In this document: piece by piece, positions 26,527-35,774 of the stretch | Layout of the letters: each line of letters begins with the position of its first letter | How positions within the stretch are numbered: the stretch's first letter is position 1 | DNA from: a virus | Lineage: Duplodnaviria; Heunggongvirae; Uroviricota; Caudoviricetes | Length of the DNA: 48,684 nucleotides | Reading direction: 5' to 3' (one strand) | IMG/VR virus record: IMGVR_UViG_2923302340_000001 | Translations under genes and position numbers: made by a program | The notes under the pieces: generated by a model | What the model was told of the DNA's origin: nothing | The model's database searches: none | The model's input: only the letters and a program-made list of their open reading frames with translations

Positions 26527-27211
26527 CATCACAGCAATTAATTATCAGGCGCTACGTGAGGCAGCAGAAGAAGAAATTATGCTGCGAACTGCAAGCGACA
26601 CGTCAGATAACTGGCAGGATTTAGCAACTCCAGAGGCTATGCTGGCACTACTGGATGAACGGGAAAGAAATCAGCAATACATCAAACGCCGCGACCAGGA
26701 GAACGAGGATATTGCGCTAACGGTAGGGAAGCTGAGAGTTGAGCTTGAGGAAGTAAAACAACACGCTGAAGAATTATCCGAAACCAAGGCTGTTCGTAAC
26801 CAATGGCGGCCAGATATTTGCCCAATAACCGGACGTGCATTTTTCATGTGGATTGAGCATCCAACATTGGGAAATGTGCCGACATATGGTGGCACATTAG
26901 ATAGTTACACCATTCCAACAAAGGACGGTGACGGTGAGTTTTCATGTGAGCGTTACGATCATGATTTTGGCGGTTGGGTAGAAAGCGAATGTCTTGGGTT
27001 ATATCTGATTGATGATAGAGAACAATGCAGGGTCTACGAACTGGAGGAACGCGTTAAGGAACTGGATGCTCGGGAAATATCGCTCCCGGAACGTAGCAGC
27101 ATGCTTCATCGAACAGATTTTCACGATGATTACCAAACGGTAATGGCATACAAAGTTTCTGAAGTCATCGCTGCAATCCGCGCCGCAGGCATTCGCATCA
27201 AAGGAGAGTGA
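26519..27211 (+). CDS. Ead/Ea22-like protein
   Basis: ATG 26519 overlapping upstream stop; ...DICPITGRAFFMWIEHPTLGNVPTYGGTLDSYTIP... (recollection of lambda ea22 family); track ORF 26201..27211 has an out-of-context upstream extension. Confidence 0.45.
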   Translation: MTNITAINYQALREAAEEEIMLRTASDTSDNWQDLATPEAMLALLDERERNQQYIKRRDQENEDIALTVGKLRVELEEVKQHAEELSETKAVRNQWRPDICPITGRAFFMWIEHPTLGNVPTYGGTLDSYTIPTKDGDGEFSCERYDHDFGGWVESECLGLYLIDDREQCRVYELEERVKELDAREISLPERSSMLHRTDFHDDYQTVMAYKVSEVIAAIRAAGIRIKGE

Positions 27212-27212
27212 T

Positions 27213-27587
27213 ATGACCACTATTACCAAAGAGCGACTACTGACAATCAAGCAGTGGCGCGAAACATACGGACCTGGTAGCAACGTTGTACTGCCAGCAG
27301 AAGAAGCGGAAGAACTGGCACGAATTGCTCTGGCATCGCTGGAAGCAGAACCGGTGGCATATCAGTATCGCCAGTGGGATGCAGAATATGATGAATGGGG
27401 AGAATGGGAAGATTGCGGGGAATGTGCTTTCGAATGGTTTGTTGAGGAAGAGAAATGTCAGGGGGCAGGTGTTCAGACCCGTAAGCTATATGCCGCGCCG
27501 CCAGTTTCGGTAACTCCGGGTGGTTGGATAAGCTGTAGTGAGAATCCATGCGCTTACGAGCAGTATTCAGATATTCAGAGCGGGTAA
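27213..27587 (+). CDS. hypothetical protein
   Basis: 124 aa; acidic, Trp-rich. Confidence 0.3.
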   Translation: MTTITKERLLTIKQWRETYGPGSNVVLPAEEAEELARIALASLEAEPVAYQYRQWDAEYDEWGEWEDCGECAFEWFVEEEKCQGAGVQTRKLYAAPPVSVTPGGWISCSENPCAYEQYSDIQSG

Positions 27588-27727
27588 TGAAGCACATACA
27601 ACCGAAAACATGGCAGAAACTGGACTCTATGGGAGTTAAGTTGGAGAAGATTACTCAACTTAAGCAGTGGCATATCGGCGAATATTATGGAAGTCCTGGT
27701 CGGGATGTTCGGTTGGTCAAAAGTTAA
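27587..27727 (+). CDS. unannotated 46-aa ORF
   Basis: TAATG overlap with upstream gene; MKHIQPKTWQKLDSMGVKLEKITQLKQWHIGEYYGSPGRDVRLVKS. Confidence 0.2.
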   Translation: MKHIQPKTWQKLDSMGVKLEKITQLKQWHIGEYYGSPGRDVRLVKS

Positions 27728-27871
27728 GCATTGTTTTTTTATTGATCGACTAACCACATTATGAAGGTTTTTTTATGGGGAAACCTTGTTTTAGGTGGTA
27801 ACTGGGTGTAGTGTTTCATTTAACGTAGTAAAACTGCGTTAAGCGATTACCGCGTAATTTGTTGCTTTATG

Positions 27872-27903
27872 AAGCCCTGCCTTTTCGGTGGGGCTTTTTT
27901 TTT
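27872..27903 (+). terminator. intrinsic terminator upstream of lysis genes
   Basis: AAGCCC...GGGCTT hairpin followed by T9; overlaps track ORF start 27869. Confidence 0.45.
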
Positions 27904-27916
27904 AACGAGGATTTCA

Positions 27917-28312
27917 ATGTCAGCAGAACCAATTTCCGGTACGGCCGTTGCTGCTGGTGGCCTGATGGGTGCCAGCGTTTTTGGTATTGCAACTGGTATT
28001 GATTACGGCGTTGTATTCGGGGCATTTGCTGGCGCTGTTTTCTATGTTGCTACAGCGGTGAATATTAGCCGTCTCAAGCTGATTGGCTATTTCTTTACAT
28101 CGTTCATTGTTGGAGTGATTGGAGCGCCGTTAGTTGGCTCATTTCTTGCCAAATGGACCAGCTACAACGATCGTCCTCTTGATGCGCTTGGTGCGGTTAT
28201 TGTGGCTGCATTGACAATTAAAATCCTCACGTTCGTAAACAGCCAGGATCTCGGTAGCATCTTTGGAATGCTTTCCCGCTTACGTGGAGGGGGGTCAAAT
28301 GGTAAGCAGTGA
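27917..28312 (+). CDS. holin-like membrane protein
   Basis: GAGGA RBS; Gly/Ala-rich predicted TM helices; first gene of lysis block. Confidence 0.45.
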   Translation: MSAEPISGTAVAAGGLMGASVFGIATGIDYGVVFGAFAGAVFYVATAVNISRLKLIGYFFTSFIVGVIGAPLVGSFLAKWTSYNDRPLDALGAVIVAALTIKILTFVNSQDLGSIFGMLSRLRGGGSNGKQ

Positions 28313-28595
28313 CCCGTCAGCACTGATTAATGCGGTGCTTTGCACAGTAATAGTAATGGCACTGATGCTTTATCGACGGAAAGACTCCAGGCATCGTCCA
28401 TTTGTTTCCTTTCTGGCTTATATCTACGTCATTGTATACGCCAATGTTCCCTTCCGTTATGTGTTCGGTCTTTATCAAGAATCCCACTGGCTGGTGGTTA
28501 TTGGAAATCTGATTATCTGCATCGTTGTTCTGTATTTCAGGGGCAATCTGGCGCGGATAGTTGACGCATTAGGGTTTAATCATGACCAAAGATGA
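28299..28595 (+). CDS. second small membrane protein (holin/antiholin-like)
   Basis: ATG 28299 overlaps previous gene; 2-3 hydrophobic segments. Confidence 0.4.
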   Translation: MVSSDPSALINAVLCTVIVMALMLYRRKDSRHRPFVSFLAYIYVIVYANVPFRYVFGLYQESHWLVVIGNLIICIVVLYFRGNLARIVDALGFNHDQR

Positions 28596-29124
28596 GATTT
28601 TTAACAGCGTTCTTGGAAAAGAGGGCGGCTATGTGGATCACCCTGACGACAAGGGAGGCCCAACAAAGTGGGGCATTACTCAGAACACTGCCCGTGCTCA
28701 TGGATACCGTGGCGATATGCGCGATTTAACCCGCGAACAGGCACTGGAAATCCTTGAGGCTGATTACTGGTACGGACCACGCTTTGATCAGGTGGCCGCA
28801 TTATCCTCTGATATTGCCGCAGAGCTGTGTGACACGGGGGTGAACATGGGGCCAACAGTGGCGTCAAAAATGCTTCAACGCTGGCTGAATGTGTTCAACC
28901 TGCGCGGGAAGCTGTATCCCGATTTGGATGCAGACGGACGAATCGGTCCACGTACCATTAATGCGCTACGTGCTTATCTTGGGAATCGGGGAAAAGACGG
29001 CGAACGGGTGATGCTGACGTCGCTGAACTGTACGCAGGGCGAACGCTATCTGGAGCTGGCGGAGAAGCGCGAGGCTAATGAGTCGTTTGTCTACGGCTGG
29101 ATGAAAGAGCGAGTGGTGGTATGA
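28582..29124 (+). CDS. endolysin, GH108-like muramidase with peptidoglycan-binding domain
   Basis: ...EGGYVDHPDDKGGPTKWGIT... and ...YWYGPRFDQV... Confidence 0.65.
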   Translation: MTKDEIFNSVLGKEGGYVDHPDDKGGPTKWGITQNTARAHGYRGDMRDLTREQALEILEADYWYGPRFDQVAALSSDIAAELCDTGVNMGPTVASKMLQRWLNVFNLRGKLYPDLDADGRIGPRTINALRAYLGNRGKDGERVMLTSLNCTQGERYLELAEKREANESFVYGWMKERVVV

Positions 29125-29399
29125 CTGGTTTGAAAGCCGTTTTGTCATTTATCGGCACCGTTATATTGGTTGCATTCGGTGCGTTTGGTTTTGGTCGTAT
29201 GAAGGGGCGAGAAAAGGCCGAAGATGAAGCTGAAAAGCAGCGCATTAATGAGAATGCAGCCGCCGTAAAAGCCACTGCGGAGCGGCGTATAGAAGTGACA
29301 AAAGAGGTGGGGAATGTACAGCAGAGTGTTAACCATATGGCTGATGACGATGTTGATCGCGAGCTGCGGGAGTCGTGGAAGCGTCCCGGTGGTGGTTGA
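29121..29399 (+). CDS. Rz-like i-spanin
   Basis: N-terminal TM helix, charged coiled-coil region; contains overlapping +1 ORF. Confidence 0.5.
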   Translation: MTGLKAVLSFIGTVILVAFGAFGFGRMKGREKAEDEAEKQRINENAAAVKATAERRIEVTKEVGNVQQSVNHMADDDVDRELRESWKRPGGG

Positions 29400-29523
29400 T
29401 ACCGCCTGTGATTGGGTAAAGCCCATCTACCTGACTGATCACGACATCGATGTTATGGACCGCCAGACAAAGAAAGATATTCTGGCTCATAACAGGGCAT
29501 GGGAAATCAACTGCCGAAAGTAA
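29314..29523 (+). CDS. Rz1-like o-spanin lipoprotein
   Basis: Overlaps Rz-like gene in another frame; lipobox-like LIASC. Confidence 0.5.
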   Translation: MYSRVLTIWLMTMLIASCGSRGSVPVVVDTACDWVKPIYLTDHDIDVMDRQTKKDILAHNRAWEINCRK

Positions 29524-29554
29524 TATATATTTCTATAATTATATAAATATATAG
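29522..29554. promoter_or_regulatory. AT-rich palindromic box downstream of lysis genes
   Basis: AATATATATTTCTATAATTATATAAATATATAG. Confidence 0.3.
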
Positions 29555-29600
29555 TTACAACATTCTATGCGCTTTTCTCATGGGCGCACGCATCAACCAT

Positions 29601-29681
29601 GTTTGTCTGATATGCCGCCGCGCCCAAAAATCCTGAATTTATTGGCTGGGATTTTCGTGCGCGGCGCCACACCAGACAAAC
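29601..29681. repeat. long imperfect inverted repeat (~35-bp arms)
   Basis: GTTTGTCTG...GCCGCCGCGC... paired with ...GCGCGGCGCC...CAGACAAAC, immediately upstream of the tRNA. Confidence 0.5.
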
Positions 29682-29692
29682 AAATCAAATAT

Positions 29693-29768
29693 GGCCCCTT
29701 AGCTTAGTGGTTAGAGCAGGCGACTCATAATCGCACGGTCATCGGTTCAAATCCGGTAGGGGCCACCA
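29693..29768 (+). tRNA. tRNA with anticodon CAU (Met, or lysidine-modified Ile2 type)
   Basis: 76-nt cloverleaf: acceptor stem GGCCCCU/AGGGGCC, T-loop TTCAAAT, anticodon loop CTCATAA, encoded 3' CCA. Confidence 0.85.
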
Positions 29769-30076
29769 ATTCACCCTCACACATAAAGATAAGCGCGGTG
29801 GAGTTACTTCTTCGTGCTCATCTTTATGCGTGCCTGGTGCACATTTCGGGAAGCCGTTGGTTAGTGAGTACAGGCAGGGCCTGTTATCCGCAAAGGGGTA
29901 AAAGCTGGAGCGGCACGGAACTGTAGCCGTGTTACCAAAACAGCGTTGTCGGGCGATATCCGGCACACAACAGGCAAGGGCATTAATCAGTCTGGTTAGT
30001 GCCCTTTTCGTTGTGTCTGCTGTAGAGCTGGCCAGCGTTATGACTGCCGGAGATAAGCGCCGGAGGCACAACTAAC

Positions 30077-30664
30077 ATGGAGGCAATTGCATTGTTTAAT
30101 CTGATTTATGCAGATCCCCCCTGGGAATACAAAGATAAGTGTAAGGATGGGAATCGTGGAGCTGGTTTTAAGTATCCAACGATGAAAGCTGAGGATATTG
30201 CTCGTATTCCTGTCTGGCAGCTTGCTAATCCTGAATCGTGTTTGTTGGCCATGTGGTGGGTTCCGACTCAGCCAGAAGAAGCGTTGCTGGTGGTGAAAGC
30301 ATGGGGATTCAGGCTTATGACCATGAAGGGCTTCACATGGAACAAATGTGGTAGCCGACAACCAGATAAGCTGGTGATGGGGATGGGGCATATGACTCGT
30401 GCAAACAGTGAAGATTGCTTGTTTGCGGTAAAAGGCAAATTGCCGACCCGCCTTGATGCGGGGATCATTCAGTCGTTTACATCGCCTCGTCTGGAGCATT
30501 CTCGGAAGCCTGATGTGGTTCGTGACAAGCTGGTAAGGCTGTTAGGTGATGTTCCTCGTATTGAGCTGTTTGCTCGCGGTGATTTACCTGATGGTTGGCA
30601 TGGCTGGGGCAACCAGTGCAATGGAGGTATCCAGTTGCATGATGCTCTCTGGCAAGTGGCATAG
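30077..30664 (+). CDS. DNA adenine methyltransferase, MT-A70-like
   Basis: N-terminal ...IYADPPWEYKDK... (DPPW motif). Confidence 0.65.
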   Translation: MEAIALFNLIYADPPWEYKDKCKDGNRGAGFKYPTMKAEDIARIPVWQLANPESCLLAMWWVPTQPEEALLVVKAWGFRLMTMKGFTWNKCGSRQPDKLVMGMGHMTRANSEDCLFAVKGKLPTRLDAGIIQSFTSPRLEHSRKPDVVRDKLVRLLGDVPRIELFARGDLPDGWHGWGNQCNGGIQLHDALWQVA

Positions 30665-30665
30665 A

Positions 30666-30775
30666 ATTATATAATTATAGGTTTATATAAAAAGTGCTTT
30701 ACAAGTGGGAAAAAATTTCCTAAGGTTATACCCGAAACCGAGCGATACCCGCCCTGGTTAAACCGGAGAAATCTG
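30666..30775 (+). promoter_or_regulatory. repeated promoter/leader cassette, copy 3
   Basis: ATTATATAATTATAG, TTTATATAAA, TTTACAAGTGGG..., conserved leader, ATG at 30776. Confidence 0.45.
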
Positions 30776-31045
30776 ATGAAAGTACAAGACCGTGAAGTAG
30801 TAAAAAACCTCCTGCAATACCTGACCTCAAAAAACCTGACGGGCAGCGTTGAGTTCCGTGAAGCGTTAAAACATTTCAACGTCACTACGGTTTATCGTTG
30901 GGAAAACAAACATTCTGAAAGACCGTATGTGGTGGATGTTTTTGCGCCTGATATTGAGTGCGGTTTTGAGCGTCATTCGTTCAAGGAGAAACATTCTGCT
31001 GATTTTTTTTGTGAGGTTGTATGTGCGGCAGGAGATGATGAGTGA
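30776..31045 (+). CDS. hypothetical protein (first gene behind cassette copy 3)
   Basis: 89 aa; acidic Cys-containing C-terminus. Confidence 0.3.
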   Translation: MKVQDREVVKNLLQYLTSKNLTGSVEFREALKHFNVTTVYRWENKHSERPYVVDVFAPDIECGFERHSFKEKHSADFFCEVVCAAGDDE

Positions 31046-31242
31046 TGCGTATTTCCTTCAAACGTGCGACTGAGCAGCAACGCAAAGAGTTCCTGGCTGA
31101 TGATGTAGCGGCCGTTTATGACCTCATGAAAGAGGTTGTGGAATCAGGGAACTACACGGCGGCAAAGATGCTTAAACTGCAATTCTTGCTGGGCGACCTG
31201 AAATACAAATCCGAAGTTGTCGCCGGACGACGCGAGCATTAA
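31042..31242 (+). CDS. hypothetical protein
   Basis: 66 aa; ATGA overlap. Confidence 0.3.
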   Translation: MMRISFKRATEQQRKEFLADDVAAVYDLMKEVVESGNYTAAKMLKLQFLLGDLKYKSEVVAGRREH

Positions 31243-31265
31243 ACCGTAACGATAACGAACAACGA

Positions 31266-31291
31266 GCCTCGGCAATTGCCGGGGCTTTTTT
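31266..31291 (+). terminator. intrinsic terminator
   Basis: GCCTCGGC-AATT-GCCGGGGC followed by T6. Confidence 0.6.
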
Positions 31292-31316
31292 ACATCCAGA
31301 CAAAGGAGAACATGGG

Positions 31317-31616
31317 ATGCCTTCGACAAGCACCAAAAAAGAAATGGCGGTTAGTGATGTGCTTTACGCGCTTTCGACTATATGTGACGGAGCAATGATG
31401 AGGATGAAAGTCCTCCGTGAAGCATACGGAAAAAGTCACGATGAGGCAGCTAAAGAATGCCTGAATGAGATTGTGGACTTCATTGATAGCCATCGTTCAG
31501 TTATATCGCGTCAACCGACAGCGTCGTCCATCACGATTAGCGCACCGGTTATCAATATATCAGTAACTGCGGCATGTAAATCAGCAGCGGAAGATGATCG
31601 TGCTTATGCCGAGTGA
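31317..31616 (+). CDS. hypothetical protein
   Basis: 99 aa. Confidence 0.3.
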   Translation: MPSTSTKKEMAVSDVLYALSTICDGAMMRMKVLREAYGKSHDEAAKECLNEIVDFIDSHRSVISRQPTASSITISAPVINISVTAACKSAAEDDRAYAE

Positions 31617-31806
31617 TTTGTTCTGGTTTCCGCTTCCAATAAGAGATTTGTTGGTATTTCTGGCTGGCGCTTACGTCTGGAGAAAAGCGAAAGATACCTC
31701 GTTATCTTTGAGGTTTGTCTTAGCTATATCGGTAGGAACCGCGCTGGGTACGGCGTATCTCTTGATATTACTGGAGGTATTCATTGAAAAATGGATAGTT
31801 TCATGA
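31594..31806 (+). CDS. small membrane protein
   Basis: 70 aa; two hydrophobic segments. Confidence 0.25.
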   Translation: MIVLMPSDLFWFPLPIRDLLVFLAGAYVWRKAKDTSLSLRFVLAISVGTALGTAYLLILLEVFIEKWIVS

Positions 31807-31955
31807 ATGGTCTTGGCATTTTTCTGATGGTTGTGGCTGTGTGTTTTTGTATCTCGCTGGTGGTTATTGCTGGTGTCCTGTGGCGCATCTTAGTGGCGCA
31901 GAGAGCTTTTCGGCGTAAGCGGGAGCAATTATTGATTGATAAATTTAGGCAGTAA
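31803..31955 (+). CDS. unannotated 50-aa membrane peptide
   Basis: ATGA overlap; MNGLGIFLMVVAVCFCISLVVIAGVLW... then basic tail. Confidence 0.2.
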   Translation: MNGLGIFLMVVAVCFCISLVVIAGVLWRILVAQRAFRRKREQLLIDKFRQ

Positions 31956-32041
31956 TTGGTCGATTAAAATGAGGCATAAATAAAACAATGTGTCTTTTTT
32001 AAAGGTTGTGTAACATTTGCGTTCCATTTAAGGAGGGTAAA

Positions 32042-32449
32042 ATGCGCACCGATCTAGATTATCTAAAAAAGATGCTGACTGTGTTTTTGGATTCAGAAAG
32101 CACGTTCATAACAGTAAATCAACTAAGAGATGCGGGGTTTGATATAGCCTCAGAAAAGGGCATGTTTCATTATATGCAATTGATTGAGCAAGGTTTTATC
32201 AGCAATATGAAGATGGAAACGCGTGATCCTCTGCGTCTTGGCTATGTTAATTCCTTTGCAGGAATGAGGACTGTTGATGTAGATATTAGATTGACTACAG
32301 AGGGACAGGATTTTGCCTGTGCACTAGAGAGCAAAGATGTTTTCGCTAGACTAAAAGAAATTAGCAATGAGCCATTGGCTGTTATGAAGGATGTTGGTGT
32401 AGAACTTCTCAAGTCATTGGCAAAGAAGAAGTTTGGTTTATCTGATTAG
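32042..32449 (+). CDS. hypothetical protein
   Basis: AAGGAGG 6 nt upstream of ATG 32042 (track start 32006 less likely). Confidence 0.35.
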   Translation: MRTDLDYLKKMLTVFLDSESTFITVNQLRDAGFDIASEKGMFHYMQLIEQGFISNMKMETRDPLRLGYVNSFAGMRTVDVDIRLTTEGQDFACALESKDVFARLKEISNEPLAVMKDVGVELLKSLAKKKFGLSD

Positions 32450-32477
32450 TGCAGATACCTGTTTGCTATTTATTTAT

Positions 32478-32507
32478 AAAACCACCTGCGGGTGGTTTTG
32501 TTTTTTA
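32478..32507 (+). terminator. intrinsic terminator
   Basis: AAACCACC-TGCG-GGTGGTTT followed by TGTTTTTT. Confidence 0.6.
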
Positions 32508-32740
32508 GCATTACAGCAGCTCTTGTGCTTACCAGGGGCTGCGATAATGCGCAAACCAAAGCTGCCTCATTAACTCCAGCTCGCTGTAGAGTTAATGCTG
32601 GTGGCTTTTTTATTACTGGAAGGTGGGCGACCGCCGTCAGTTGCGACCTGACGACAGTCATTCATACCCACAGGGTGCCGTGGATACAAACCGAGGCCCA
32701 CTTGCTTGCACAAGCGAGGGGATTTTAGCGGATAAACGGC

Positions 32741-33364
32741 ATGACAAAACATCTTAATGTGGTTTCTTTACCACTTTCTGTGTTGATTGGTTATGAAAAG
32801 AACGCTCGCACACACTCCGTGGAGCAGGTAGATCAGATTGTTGCCAGCATACAGGAGTACGGATGGACTAATCCGATCCTGATAGACGAGAACAATGTTG
32901 TAATTGCTGGTCATGGTCGAATTGCTGCGGCCACTCAGTTGGGGATGGATGATGTTCCCTGCATTGTTCTGGAAGGGCTAACGGAGAATCAGAAGAAGGC
33001 ATATCGTCTGGCCGACAACCGTATTCCGCTGAATGCTGGTTGGGATGAAGAGTTGTTAAGCGCGGAGCTTGCAGATCTTGCGGCCGATGATTTTGCTCTG
33101 GACTCAATTGGTTTTACTCAGCGCGAACTGGATAACTTATTGAGTGCGGCGGTCTACGATGACACAGAGGGTATGGATATCCCATTTGAGAAGGATGAGG
33201 CCAAATCAGGCGTAAAAGTTCAGTACCTGTCATTTGGAGGTCATAAAATCCCGGCAACGGATGAGGAAGCGGATCGTTTTGACTGCGCGGTGTCTCGTTA
33301 TGTTGATGATAATGGCAGCTATATCGGATTTGTATCCGCATTGCTGGCTGGGGAGGTGTGCTGA
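32741..33364 (+). CDS. ParB-like nuclease-domain protein
   Basis: ...ILIDENNVVIAGHGRIAAA...; paralogue of 36031..36621. Confidence 0.55.
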   Translation: MTKHLNVVSLPLSVLIGYEKNARTHSVEQVDQIVASIQEYGWTNPILIDENNVVIAGHGRIAAATQLGMDDVPCIVLEGLTENQKKAYRLADNRIPLNAGWDEELLSAELADLAADDFALDSIGFTQRELDNLLSAAVYDDTEGMDIPFEKDEAKSGVKVQYLSFGGHKIPATDEEADRFDCAVSRYVDDNGSYIGFVSALLAGEVC

Positions 33365-34737
33365 TGCTTCACCTGAATTACGACATAACGCACCTACGCG
33401 GCGCGGAATATAACCCGCGTTTTATCGGTGAGGATGATCTTGCGAGGCTGGCGGAAAGTGTCAGGGAGCTGGGGCTTGTGAAGCCATTGATAGTGCGCGG
33501 CGATTTGCTGGTGGCGGGACACCAAAGGACGAAGGCGCTACGTAAGTTGGGAATAACGCGTGCTGCGGTGTATGTGTTGCCCTGTGAAACGACGGTATAC
33601 GATGAAGTACGGTTTAACCAACTGCATAACGGAACGGATTTTGATAGCGGAGATGAGCGTTGCAGGGTGTCCGGTCTGGAAGATAAGCATGGTTTTGTTC
33701 AGGTATCGGCAAGCCAGATCTCAGGCAATATGCGCGCGAAAATGGCATATGTTCGAAAGAACATAGCGGAACTGGTTATCAAGTATGGTCCGTGGGGTGG
33801 TTGTGTTGCTACTCAGTCTGGCGAGGTTATTCACTGTGCTCAGTATGCATTAGCAGCGAAGATGACGCGCACACCGCTAACGGTGTTTGTGATCCCTGAT
33901 GTTGAGAAGGAAAAATACCAAAGTTATCTGAATAAAACTTATGGTGTATTTGAGTATTCTCATCTGGAGAAAACAACATACATCCAGACGTATGCGCAGC
34001 TTATGCGGTTGCGTAATGGTGGCAGCCTGAAATCAAACCTGTATGAGTCGTTGATCCTCCCGATCATTGCCAAGACGCCAAGAGGAATTGATTTTGGTTC
34101 GGGGCAGGGAGACTACGCGCGAATGCTCAGGGCAAAGGGATATAACCTGCATGATCTTGAGCTTTTTCGCCGTAAGGGCGCTGGAAACACTCTGGATAGG
34201 GCTGCAACAAACCGAATGATTGATACGCTGGTGGACGACTTAAAAACGCGAGGGCGTTACGACTACGTGATTTGCGATAGCGTTTTGAACTCGGTCGATA
34301 GTGTCGAGGCTGAATGGTCCGTTCTGACGGTTCTGAAAGGCCTGTGTAAAGCTGGTGGGTCAATATTCTTTTCTGGCCGTAGCCGTGGAGAGCTGGAGAG
34401 TGTGCTTAAACGAACGCAAGCTGCTAGCTCTATAAGCCGGCTTTATTTTATTGACCATAACGGTTTTTCTGCTTTGTACCGGAAGGGACACTGGTTTTAT
34501 CAGAAGTTCCATTCTGATGAGGAAGTGAAGCAATTGTGCCGTGAGCATAGCTTCAGAATAAAGCGGTCGGTATTTAACGGTAAGAGCTGGTATTTGCACG
34601 TTATTAACGATGATTCTCTTCGCTGGGAGAGTCTGGAGAAAGCTGTTCATTTTGAGTTTGAGTTGCCGTTGCCTGGCGGTTCAACAATCGGACGATCTGA
34701 TGATGTGCTGGCGGCTTTCCGGCCGTTGATTAAGTAG
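33358..34737 (+). CDS. fusion protein: ParB-like N-terminal domain plus class I SAM-methyltransferase-like C-terminal domain
   Basis: ...LIVRGDLLVAGHQRTKA... then GIDFGSGQGDYARML (motif I-like), ...YDYVICDSVLNS..., ...GGSIFFSG... Confidence 0.5.
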   Translation: MLMLHLNYDITHLRGAEYNPRFIGEDDLARLAESVRELGLVKPLIVRGDLLVAGHQRTKALRKLGITRAAVYVLPCETTVYDEVRFNQLHNGTDFDSGDERCRVSGLEDKHGFVQVSASQISGNMRAKMAYVRKNIAELVIKYGPWGGCVATQSGEVIHCAQYALAAKMTRTPLTVFVIPDVEKEKYQSYLNKTYGVFEYSHLEKTTYIQTYAQLMRLRNGGSLKSNLYESLILPIIAKTPRGIDFGSGQGDYARMLRAKGYNLHDLELFRRKGAGNTLDRAATNRMIDTLVDDLKTRGRYDYVICDSVLNSVDSVEAEWSVLTVLKGLCKAGGSIFFSGRSRGELESVLKRTQAASSISRLYFIDHNGFSALYRKGHWFYQKFHSDEEVKQLCREHSFRIKRSVFNGKSWYLHVINDDSLRWESLEKAVHFEFELPLPGGSTIGRSDDVLAAFRPLIK

Positions 34738-34753
34738 TGTGTAGGAGGCGCTG

Positions 34754-35473
34754 GTGGCTGACAGAATTGAGATAAAGATGGATTTTTCTTCTCAGGATAT
34801 TCAACGACAACTCCAGCGCCTTGAAGAACGCGAATTGCCATTCGCAATGGCGCTTGCGGCAACCAGAACGGCAAAGGCTTCTCAGGCTGCGATTAAGAAT
34901 GAAATTAATCGGGTATTTGACAGGCCCACGCCGTGGATTCAGAACTCTACTTACGTTTTGGCCGCAAAGAAGAGTGATCCTACAGCCATTGTGTATGCTC
35001 GTGAATGGGGAGGAACGCCAGCCCCTGTAACGTTGACTCCGCAAATCGAAGGTGGCCAACGACAGTACAAACGCTCAGAAGGGGCGCTAAGGGCTGGTGG
35101 ATATTTGCCTAACGGCTGGCAGCTTGCTCCTGGTCCCGGCGCAAAGCTGGACAAATACGGGAATATTTCGCGGGGGCAATTACAGCAGGTCTTATCTGGC
35201 CTAAGAGTTCAGCGAGATGCGCATCAAAATCGCCGTCAGGGCAAGCCTACGGAGTTTTTTGTTGTTCGACCTGGTACAAGTAACCCGCTTCAACCAGGCG
35301 TCTGGCAGCGCGTTGGGCGGCGTCCTACGTTGATCCTTACGTTCATTCAGCAACCTAACTATTCGCAGCGTCTTGATTGGCATGGCGTGGCACTGCGTGC
35401 TGGTGAGGATGCGTTTGCTGATGAAGTCACAAAGGCTATTGATGACATTCTTTCTAAGACCTTCTCTCGTTAA
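34754..35473 (+). CDS. hypothetical protein
   Basis: 239 aa; Gly/Pro/Gln-rich central region. Confidence 0.3.
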   Translation: MADRIEIKMDFSSQDIQRQLQRLEERELPFAMALAATRTAKASQAAIKNEINRVFDRPTPWIQNSTYVLAAKKSDPTAIVYAREWGGTPAPVTLTPQIEGGQRQYKRSEGALRAGGYLPNGWQLAPGPGAKLDKYGNISRGQLQQVLSGLRVQRDAHQNRRQGKPTEFFVVRPGTSNPLQPGVWQRVGRRPTLILTFIQQPNYSQRLDWHGVALRAGEDAFADEVTKAIDDILSKTFSR

Positions 35474-35774
35474 TCATCGTGTGGTTGATGGTGTTGTTAT
35501 GCAGAGTGTATTCACTGTGTTCTGTAGCGTCGCTCGCTGGCTGTCTGTGGGGGAGCACGAGCATCGTTTCATCGTCCGGCAGAATTGGGTCCTTCTGGCC
35601 AAAAGCGTTGGATGCGGGTCATTCGAACCCCGATGTTCGGCTAGCTAAACGTGAAAAAAGTTAGGTTAAAAGTTGCGGTAAAAGAAATTTACTCATCTCA
35701 TTGAAAAATATCGGGAAAACGTGATTTTTTGCTGTATTTGTGCTGGTAAAAAGAAAGTAGGAAATTTTCTTTTA

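Noticed and set aside
29601-29768. attP or integration module at the tRNA
   Set aside because: No integrase or excisionase anywhere in the window; the tRNA is complete and internal; a plasmid replicon and partition system are present instead.
30038-30499. 153-aa minus-strand ORF
   Set aside because: Antisense within the MT-A70-like methyltransferase gene, which has a clear DPPW motif.
32481-32496. ACCACC-TGCG-GGTGGT as an additional CI operator
   Set aside because: Spacer is 4 nt rather than 5 and the hairpin is followed by a long T-run at the end of a gene; treated as an intrinsic terminator.
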